A DNA stretch of 64,000 bases. Source: Haplodiscus bocki (Eukaryota). The notes beneath the pieces were generated by a model. That model worked only from the letters and a program-made list of their open reading frames with translations, had not been told where the DNA came from and made no database searches. The stretch is from assembly GCA_965655095.1 (NCBI GenBank), contig OZ296649.1, forward strand, positions 95,666,001 to 95,730,000, read 5' to 3'. The stretch's first letter is position 1, and the number at the start of each line of letters is the position of its first letter. A program made the position numbers and the translations under genes. Positions 54,850 to 64,000 of this stretch are shown here, piece after piece.

Positions 54850-56950
54850 AAGTGACCGTTTAAAAAGGCACATGATGGAGGTTACTCTTTACATGAATAC
54901 TAACCGGTACAAAAGAATTCACCATCGAAATGTTTGTTCGCAAAAGGGGATCAAAACTCCCCTCTCGTATTGAGAAATTCTACCTAACCCCCACAGAAAC
55001 AAGATACGGAAAAGCTGATCAGATCGGCAGTAGTTTCCCAGAAAAACACTTTTGGAGAGGGTTGCAATGTAGACTTCATTGTTGCAATAAAAATCTTTGG
55101 AAATGGACAGCAGACAATCGATGATAATGTTCAAAACCTCCAGCCAAAAAAAACGTTGCTTTACTTCCGCAGTGATGCAATTGATTTGTTTGTCTCAAAG
55201 AAATAGCCTTCAAGACACATGTGAAAACTTCATTTTTTGTCTTGCTTCAATCATGGTTTTTCCTGTCAAAATTAATAACCCTGAGGCATTTTGACTTTGC
55301 GTCATCATCAATACATAGTTATTTTCGATCACAAAATCCGGTTTGTACCTGCTATACATAGAGAACAAAGTTCTCAAAAAAAATTTGTTTTCATGTCGGA
55401 TAACGAAGTGGCAATGGAACTTATTTCACATTTTTCGAAAAAAAAATGCAAACAGCCATGACAGAAACCACTCACTTCCCCGTTCCATCACAATTCACTG
55501 GAGACTGGGAAACAACTGCCCCTGGAGGAGCTGGGTACATCATATTTCAAGCTACTTGAATGCCAAACTACACGGAATTGACATGTACTAGGAAAAAGCA
55601 ATTTTGTTTAATCTGCACGGATTTGAAGGTCAGACTTGTTTATCACGTTTCGAAACTCGGACCGAAAATTTTACATCCGATTTTTTTCCACAATGTTTGA
55701 AAAACACGTTTAGTGGAAAAATTCAGTTCGCTTCTCGCGTCCAAAGCTGGCGAAAAAACAAGACTTTGTTGCTTCCTTGCGTTTCCTAGCGAAAACGTGC
55801 AAATTTGGAACTTTTCATGATGCTGCTACGCCGTATCCGCCCATTGAAGGCGTAAAAGTATCCCGTACAAAAATAAAAACATATTGTAGAATAAATTCGT
55901 ATGATTTCACAGCACATTGAGGTTGGTATCGCAACATCAGCGTCCTTCAAAATTTGTTTAAACCGTCTAGTTTTTTTACGTTTTTCTCGAACAAATTAGT
56001 TTCAGTTGGTCCAAACAACCATCAGAAACTTGAAAACAAGAAGCTGTGTTCCGGTAAAATGGGAGACGGTTTCAACAAATTTTGAAGGAGGCTTATGTTG
56101 CGATATCAGCCTCAATGTGCTTTGAAGTCAAACTGCTTTCTCCTAGTACATGTCAATTTCGTGTAGTTTGGCATTCATGTAGCTTGAGATATGATGTACC
56201 CAGCTCCTCCAGGGGACAGTTGTTTCCCAGTCTTCAGTGAATAGTCATGGAACGGGGAAGTGGGTGGTTTCTGTCATGGCTGTTTGCAATTTTCATTCAA
56301 AAAATGGGAAATAATTCTATTGCCATTTGGTTATCCGACAAGAAAGATTTTTTTGAACTTTGTTCTCTATGTACAGCAGGATATCCTTTCATCAGATTTC
56401 TGTGATGTAGTTAAGTTTTTTGTTGCTGAAGCTTGTAAAACATTTTTTGCAAGGAAATTTTTTTTCGCAACATTTTGAAAACCTGTAAGATGGAAGTGTC
56501 GAAGTTGTGTGCCAATGTGATGTTGATTGGGAAAATTCCAATGTTGTTTCTTTGCAGAGAAACGGGAATAAATCGTTTTCCGTTTATTCTACGAAGTAGA
56601 TCAATCGAAATAGGTCCAAGTTTCTTTCAAAACACCGAATCAACGGTAAATTCTATTCAAAAGCCTCTGTTAGTTCAAAAATTGATCTGGCTAACGATTA
56701 TCATCATAATTTTGCTTGTTGCAAAAACAAAAAGCTTGCTCGAATTCGTACTTTCATTCGGGTTGTAGAAGTTCTTACGAGTGGTTTGTGGTAGAAACAA
56801 CTCTCCGAATTTTGAGCAAAAACTGATGGTGGACCGGTTTCGTTAAATTTCTCTATCATATAAGCAACCACGCTCCCACAACTAAAGAAGGTGATACTCA
56901 CCTGCATGCTATTCTAAAATGCATTGAATCAAAACGAATCTTTTCCATTC
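54850..56950 (-). mobile_element. Decayed LINE (APE + RT, CR1/L2-like) relic interrupted by an inverted duplication
   Basis: Minus strand, in order: GSVVAY, NFYNP and NTL (APE-like, ~56550-56880); KEAT; LNVF/SNIVEK; SLAF..QLLQ; WFLSWL; LRTLFSMYSRYKPDFV (~LGPLLF.LYINDLPD, ~55330-55377); CIDDDAK (~YADDAK, 55295-55315); KMKF. Confidence 0.5.
55348..56380. repeat. Long inverted repeat (fold-back): right arm 56064-56380 is the reverse complement of 55901-55968 joined to 55348-55606
   Basis: cctgctatacatagagaacaaag (55348) pairs with ctttgttctctatgtacagcagg (ends 56380). cctggaggagctgggtacatcatat pairs with atatgatgtacccagctcctccagg. gcacattgagg...aaaccgtct pairs with agacggttt...cctcaatgtgc. The central spacer is ~95 bp. 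Confidence 0.92.
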
Positions 56951-59900
56951 GATACATGTGAACTAAGATCGTATTGCTTGGTTTGCAATTTGCTTTAAAT
57001 GTGGTCTCCACTCTTGAAAGTAACGTGGCCCATAAAACTGAAAATACATCAGGATATGCTATCTTTAGCGGCTGCTTTGCGTTTTTCCAGTAAATGCTGT
57101 ACGTTTCATCCGAGATCAGATTGCAAAGTAAGTGAAATTATCGATAGTTCCGCTTTAGTATACGATTTCACTAAATTTTGATCTTTTGACAGAATCCACA
57201 AAATTTGTTAGTAAACATCGTTCTAATTAAGATCAAAAACTTGAAATTTGATGTTTTAAGAAGGAATTGCGAAGCTAGATCAAACATTTTAACTATTTTG
57301 GCCGACTTTAAAATCCCTATTTCAACAAAATTTTCGAGATACTTGAAAACCTGAATTATTTTGTTCAATAATTTTAGAAGATTAAGTGATTCAGGGGGTC
57401 ACAAAAAGCGTTTTTTTTTTAGAAAAATACCAAAATAGGTTTTGCTGCAAACTCAGTGCATGAAAAACAGCCTCAAAATTTTTTTGTTCGAAAGTTGCTC
57501 TTTTCAAAAATCATTTTTTTACTTAAATTCTGATCTAAAGTTCTTGGTAGGTAAAACTGAAAAATGCCCAATTGTTTTAATTACTCAGGTTTAGAAAACG
57601 CGCTAACGCGTAAAATGATTGTAGGTTAACATTTTTACATGGAAGCTGCTTGTCTCTAAGCAACCTGCACAGCAAATATGTTGCACAATTACCAAGTTTG
57701 CAATTTTGGCGTTTACAACCGACGGTACTATGTCTCAAAAGTCCACGAGGTGTACCTATGACATCGGATATCTTCAGCTTCGACATTATGTACGTAAACG
57801 TAATTTGATTTGGCAGTCACCAGTATATCAATGTTTAGAAGTTGAAAAATATTTCATCCGAAATGTCTTTGCTTTTAGTGAAATGGTGCTGATTGAATGT
57901 GGGCTGAAATGAACTTGGGGTGAAATCCATATTTTATGCGTGTCAAAGTATGCATTTTTCTGCAAAATCTGTAAGATTCAAAATCATGCATACCATTCAA
58001 GTTACTTCCCCTTCATATTCTAAAAAAGGAAAAATTAATGCGATCAATGAGAAGTGAGAAGTCTCTCTCGCTCATATAAAGTCCGCCAATTAGAAATTTT
58101 GACTGAGTGACGCAGTGTTTAGGAAAATGTTTTAGATGCTAGTTCGAATCTGCAGTCTTGATACGTTTCCGAAGGAATATTCTCGGAATTTCTAAATTTG
58201 TCCCAAATTTTTTTGAGGGCGAAAATTGTTCCGGTGCTAACCGAGAGTCTTCTTCATTCTGACAAGAAAATATTTTGTAGGAAAAGAGGAGTGAAACAAT
58301 AAATTCAAATTCATTTCGCTAGATATATTAATAATGATAGTAACAGTTGTAGCTTCTTTTGTTTTTGTCTAACTTTTTAAATTGATTTATATGAAAATAG
58401 CAGTTGAGTGAGTAACCATGGATGGCGACGGCGGAGAAAGAGGCGTAGTCTGTCAGGTTGTTAAAGAAGAGGGAAGGGACGCTCTAACTTGATTCACAAT
58501 CACAACAACCTTGTCACGATATTTTCATCATGAGTTTACAACGTTTACCATTGATTGCTTTATTCATTCATCGAAAAGAATCAAATCAAATTAGTCAACA
58601 TTTAAAATATCGAGTACATAACCATCGCAACCAACATTTAGTACCCATGCTAGGTGACAGTATCAGAACACTGCGATGCATTTAACAAACCAGGTGAAAC
58701 AAACATTTTTTTCCGAATAACCCAAAATTTAGCTTTACTTGATTATTACTCGCTTATCACAGCGAATTCGCCAGGTTTTGAATATTTTCCCAAATTGAAT
58801 ATCGCAATTTTCCAGACAGCGCTGTCCCTCCAAATAATTTCTGAAACTTTTTTCAAGTTTTGAAAGGCAACAAATGACTTGACACACTGAAAAATTTTAA
58901 TTCCCGGGACTGCAAATAAAAATTCAAATTAGAGAAACGAGTTCATTTTCGATCAAAATACCGGTTCACCGTCGCCAGCAAACGCAACAAAGGTACATAT
59001 TACTGTTTAGTCACCTTTTTGGCAACCAGAAAAGTGGCGCATTATGTATTACAAGACATTCTGTGACGCTTTTTCGGGACAACTTTTCAGAAGTCAACTG
59101 AATTTTGTTGAATTTGTTCTACTGATATTCTCGAATATTCGAATAAGATCAGTTTGAAGTAGGTCGTGGTTTTCACTCATGCTTTACATTACGAAGTTTT
59201 AAATTAAAGCTTTTTACACAAAGACTTTTGTTTTGAAGTACGAAACTAGTTTTAAAGCAATTTTTTCAAGGGCCAGCACTGTTTCAAGGTCAAGAAAAGT
59301 GAAGTTTTCAAACGTTCAACAGTCAAAAAAACTCCGTGCACGATTGATTTTTCTGGAAATATAGATGAATTGTAAAAAATGAGAACGAAAAATGACTCTG
59401 GGATGTTAGTTAACGTGGTTTTGCTCTGAGTCTAGAGGCAGATAAAGGGAAGAAAGCCCGGTGATTTCAGGTAAAATGATATAAAAATACAAAGCAATTG
59501 CAAAATTTTCAACAAATCACTACTTATATTTATAATTAAATGGTTTTTTAAACGAACCAACCTACAAAATCGCGCCACCCAACAATGCAGGATAATATGC
59601 AAACGGATCAGAAAACTTGTAATCAGTCATGTTATTTTGAAAAATTAACTGTCATTGGGTGGGAGAAGGTAGGCTGGCTTAATTTAATGTCAAAAATGCT
59701 CAGAATTCTCCACTTTCCAAGAAGTGTATTTAAGGCGGAATTTTTCAGACCACAAAAATTAGTCTCGGACTGGACCCGTGGATTTCAAGTGCATCAAAGC
59801 AACTTTTTTTAAATAGTTGGAACAGAAAGCGAAAATTGAAAAAGAGCAGAAAGTTAGAATACACAACAGCAGACAAAGTTTTCAGCCCGTTCATTGTTCT

Positions 59901-60079
59901 ATTTGCTCTGACACATTAATCGCCTTGAATATACCCTGTACACAAAGCCCCAAATCCAAGCTCATTTGCAATCTAAACTTTTGCTTCAATTTTTTATTAC
60001 ACATGTCTGTGTGAACATTAAGACTACAGTTTAAACTTCACAAGAAATAGATCAAATTAGTGTTCAATTGCGTTGAACA

Positions 60080-60085
60080 TTTATT
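60080..60085 (-). promoter_or_regulatory. Candidate polyadenylation signal (AATAAA) of the MARK/par-1 transcript
   Basis: tttatt on the + strand about 590 nt downstream of the stop codon. A second candidate lies at 59993-59998. The motif is common in AT-rich DNA. Confidence 0.3.
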
Positions 60086-60675
60086 ACAATTTGAAGCAAA
60101 AAAATATTTTGTTCGGATTCCGCCTTAAAAACAAAAGATTAAAGAAGAAAAAGCCTGGAGTGTTAAGTCAGCTCAGTGACTTGAAAAGATGCCATTACCA
60201 GATATCCAACTCTAGAATATTAAAGCGGCGGATCAAGAATGAATACGACGTCGTTTTGATAGAATAGATTGAAAGGTGAGAAGAAGAGTGGGCAAAAAGG
60301 AAGCCTGAAGGATGTGCATGGGACACCGGAATGTGGGGTGCTGTTTGTCAGGGAATGGGCGGACAACGGGCGGTCTGCGCAAAGGTGGGTGTTTAGGCTG
60401 CTGTCAACAAACTATTACGTCACAATATCACGAAAACAGAGTACCTATTGATTCTTCGAAACGGTCTTCAGTTTAGTATTTGTTGTGGTTTGTCCGAAAA
60501 AAGGTATTTGTGTATATGATCAGCTCAGTTACTACACCAGCCAACTACTTCATTCTTGGTTGATATTTCACCGAATAAACAAAACTGCAGTGAGCTCCAC
60601 AAAATTTGGTCTTCAGAGGCGTTGTCTGTTCCCCTCAGTGTGACTGACGGAGCGAGAGGAGAGAAGTGATTTGGT

Positions 60676-60891
60676 TCAGAGTCTTAACTCGTTGGCAATT
60701 TTAGATGCAATGTTTTTGAAGCCAATGGAAGTGCCGGATATTCTTTTGAAGCGCACTCCATTCAAAGATAGTCTTGGCAGTTTGCACACTTCCATCTCCC
60801 ACGTAATTTTGCTTTCGTCTGAGTCACTACCATCTGCATTGCATCCACCGGCATAGGTACAATAGTACAAGAACCGTTCTCGGCACTCAAC
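60676..60891 (-). CDS. par-1: PAR-1/MARK serine/threonine kinase, last coding exon (C-terminal KA1 domain)
   Basis: [11 protein letters not shown]...[41 protein letters not shown] matches the highly conserved MARK C-terminus. It is preceded by acceptor ttttcatgcttcag, phase 0, with TGA at 60678-60676. Confidence 0.95.
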   Translation of the reverse strand, partial: VECRERFLYYCTYAGGCNADGSDSDESKITWEMEVCKLPRLSLNGVRFKRISGTSIGFKNIASKIANELRL

Positions 60892-61405
60892 CTGAAGCAT
60901 GAAAAATCCAACTCAAATAAAGACATTCAACGCTGAAGCGAAGCCCTAGGCATTTTTGTGAAATTCAAAATTGGCAGTCTAAATTTCGAACTCAAGTTTC
61001 CCAGCAAGTCAGGTCTGAAAGTGAATTTTGCGAGGCGACCCCTATTCAAAATTTTAGTTCCTATTTACAAATTCGCTGCAAAGAGGCAGTTCCACCCTTC
61101 AGGCGATCCACTACACTTATGCACAATTGGGAAAAATGACAACCAGTGCCAATTCAAATAAACTTACTATCATAAGAGAAAAAATTGCTTGTTGGTTTGA
61201 AGATAGATGGATTAGGGTTAACAAAAAAGGTACAATGCAATCAGTGTCGAAAACGAATTTCGTAAAAATCTTCAAATTTTTTGCTAACGTAAATCAAAGG
61301 TCAAGCCAAAGACAAATACAAGCACATAAAACACACAAGCACATACTCGCGCAACTTTAACGGAACAGTAGGAACAAATGATTTTTTCTTTACTCGCGTC
61401 CCAAC
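60892..61405 (-). other. GT-AG intron (514 bp, phase 0) of the MARK/par-1 gene
   Basis: cag|gttggg ... cttcag|gtt. Splicing gives AHNVQ|VECRERF, which aligns without gaps to MARK ANNCDYEQRERF. Confidence 0.88.
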
Positions 61406-61571
61406 CTGGACGTTATGGGCTTGTAACACTTTATATATTTCCTGCATCATCTGCGTTGGCTCCATGGCAGATGTTGTTTTCATGCTCCACGTGAATCTAA
61501 GCGACCTTGGTTTCATTCCTCCATTGGGCCCAGCACCTGGCCCTCCTCCACTCAGTGACGTAGTCTCATCC
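61406..61571 (-). CDS. par-1: PAR-1/MARK kinase, penultimate coding exon (start of KA1 domain)
   Basis: Acceptor taatttgtag|G, phase 2. Translation [55 protein letters not shown] contains the MARK signature [15 protein letters not shown]. Confidence 0.92.
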
Positions 61572-63050
61572 CTACAAATTAATAACTAGTTATCACACCA
61601 TAATAACAATTAATTTATAAATGGACATGATAATGTCATCGGAATGAAATGAAATAGTACAGACTGAGTCACCGTTAAGATGGGCTCCATGACCAAGAAT
61701 AAACATTATTAGACAGTCCAGTCAACAAAATTCTACCATTTGGGTGGAAGAGTAAGTATTCATTTTCAAAAGGATTTAATTGGCTCATAATTTGCGTTAT
61801 CATATTTTCACTTCACCTGAAACTTGAATCTTCCGATAAATTTCAAAAACAAGAGGAAATAGGCGCCAAAAGAAACTTGAAACAAATTGAAAGCCGACAA
61901 TGTTGCCACTTGCACAATCATATCGCATCTTCGGCGCAACAGCTAAGTGTGAGAAGTATTTCAAACCTAGAAATCAGGTTGGTTAATTTCATAAAAAAAA
62001 GGAAAAAGTGAGCAGAGGAGGATTACCAAAACATGCGTTTTCTAAATATATGTTCCTATATAAATTGTATGATTTACATACCGAACAGCCTAACTCCATG
62101 GATATTACAGCGATGCTTATCAGTTTTGTGAAACCCTTGACTGAATGTTTTTTGATACATATGTTCTCTCAACATGAAGAGGGTAATGAAAGCGGATTTT
62201 AAATCAATAAGCATGTGTGAAAGAATTATGAAATGATTTGGACTTCTTGACTTTTGCAAATGCAAATCACTTTTTGATTTCTGCCAATACTGAATGAGCT
62301 CGACTTTTGAATTTACCGGCAGTTTTTGAAAGGAACCATAGGTTACGAAATATGGGTATTTTGTGTGATATTCATAGAGTTGTCTGTTTTACGCTATCAT
62401 GGATTGAGACACCCCAATGACACGGATTCAAGGGATGTTTTGGGTTTTATGGTCTAAAAGAGCATGGAAAAGAACTGAATTGGCAGCTGTGAGAACATTA
62501 CTAGATTTATTTGAACGAAAACTACCTAATTGCAGAAGTTCTTAAATCCCATAAAGCATATTGAATGAAATGAAGTTCACCTTGGTACGTAACAGTAGAA
62601 GATTTTATTGCTGGAATGACAACCCCCAATTGAGTGAATTGAATTGAAATGATTCGTTCGATTCGGTCTGAACAAAAAGGGGAACCTAGCGTGAAACAGC
62701 AGTTATTCTTACCACGTACGCACGAAATTGTGAGTCCATCCAACGCAATACTCCCTAGAGATAAAAATTAACTATTTATAGCCGCTGGCAACGAATAACC
62801 TTAGAATATTAGTATGCACCGTAAACTGTCGCCGAATGTCACTTACAAATTCGATTTTTTTTGTTTCAAGAGCAATCTAAACGAGTAAACTACACTACAC
62901 TACACGATCGCAGCAGTACTACCATCAATACGAAAATTTTCAGAATCAGTACAGCAAAAAAGAATACGCCCTGCAAACTCGGGAAATTTTCCGCCTCCCA
63001 ATACAGGGAACAAAAGTTAAAGGAACGATAACTCGAAACACAGAAGGTCG

Positions 63051-63965
63051 GTGACAGGACTTTTGCTACTAGTCCATTTGCTACTATGATACCTGCTACA
63101 ACGTAAATTGCTACTAGGTACTATTTGCTACAACGTAATTATTGCTACTACAGTTCAAAGCTACTACATCATACACAATCACAATACATTTTAAAAATTG
63201 CGCAATTTGATTGGCAGCGTTTATTTTGGACTTGCGGTATGTGCTTCAAAAGCAGCAAAGTAAACCACATTAAACTCCAATAAACAACTTTTCAACTTAT
63301 TTAGTACGCAAGCATAAAAACATTCATCTATCAATCGAAGAATTTAATACGTTGCAGTGTTGCGGCAACAATATTGAACAACTTTAACGTAAACATTCGT
63401 GACCAAACGGTGCCGCTTGTGCCTGTGAAGTTTATGAAACAAGTTGGAACCTTCCATCCACCAATTTTTTCCAGGAAATCCGCGAAATTCGTTTCCCAAC
63501 TTACACAAACTTCAAATTCCTGGATATTGGAAAATCCGGGTTCGGGCAGGGCAACCCAGTAAACCCCTTACAAATGCCCTGATCTAGAGACCAAAAATTT
63601 CGACTCTCAATTCGCAGTAGTTTTTGAAAAAATGCCTTTTTTGAAAAATTGGTTTGAAAAAAAACGAGAAAATTATAGCAACTTGGATAACAAATCGTGT
63701 CAATGCAACACAAACTAAATCAGTCACTGCAGATGAGCAACGCTCCTCAAGAAGGGAATGCTATTTTCTTTGTTTACGTAAAAGGAATCTTTGAGGATTT
63801 GAACTCGGGCATTCAGCTGCAGATATTTGTTGCGTGGTTTCTTTTGGTGACCAGTCACAGCCTGTAGGGCATTGAAAAGATGATTACTTAATTGAAAGAT
63901 TGGTAAATTGCGTTAATTATGCTAAATTTAAAGCCGAAGCGCGTTAGATGTAAATGTCCTAGCAC
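63051..63965. mobile_element. Possible non-autonomous DNA transposon with subterminal repeats, presumably intronic in par-1
   Basis: Left end gtgacaggacttttgc matches the reverse complement of 63950-63965 (gtgctaggacatttac) at 12/16 positions. The left end is followed by the GCTAC array. No TSD seen. Confidence 0.3.
63060..63170 (+). repeat. Seven copies of (tt)gctac(t/a)a spaced 15-17 bp apart
   Basis: ttttgctactagtccatttgctactatgatacctgctacaacgtaaattgctactaggtactatttgctacaacgtaattattgctactacagttcaaagctactac. Confidence 0.85.
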
Positions 63966-64000
63966 AGTAGGTGATAAGTAGTAGCATGGTAGTAATAGTA

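Noticed and set aside
55348-56380. MITE with ~260-bp terminal inverted repeats
   Set aside because: No TSD (flanks are tgta and atat). The arms continue RT motifs of the surrounding LINE relic, and the inversion extends nearly to the centre.
58398-58492. GC-richer patch reading MDGDGGERGVVCQ as a possible first exon
   Set aside because: Short, with no downstream exons or homology; cannot be supported from sequence alone.
61816-61856. Minus-strand LFLKFIGRFKFQ|gtgaag as the upstream MARK exon (cf. FSKLTSKF)
   Set aside because: Similarity is weak, and the donor is phase 0 whereas the 61571 acceptor needs phase 2.

Overview
AT-rich eukaryotic, probably invertebrate animal, genomic DNA with three parts. 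(1) 1-30845 is the right end of a head-to-tail macrosatellite of about 19-20 monomers in three length classes (about 1.42, 1.47 and 2.22 kb). Read with frameshifts, the longest monomer carries heavily decayed motifs of a Penelope-like retroelement (PLE) ORF in the correct order: RT, then GIY-YIG endonuclease. The shorter monomers are nested deletion derivatives. (2) About 31-57 kb holds old transposon relics (LINE RT/APE pieces, a Tc1/Tc3-like transposase, a Gypsy pol fragment), a ~1 kb fold-back, and an ~11 kb block of degenerate repeated modules of unknown, possibly LRR-coding, origin. (3) 60676-61571 on the minus strand holds the last two coding exons of a PAR-1/MARK kinase (KA1 domain); the rest of the gene probably lies beyond the right edge. 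Nearly all short ORFs in the supplied track are non-genic. The TE calls come from by-eye motif matching against remembered consensus motifs and need HMM confirmation.
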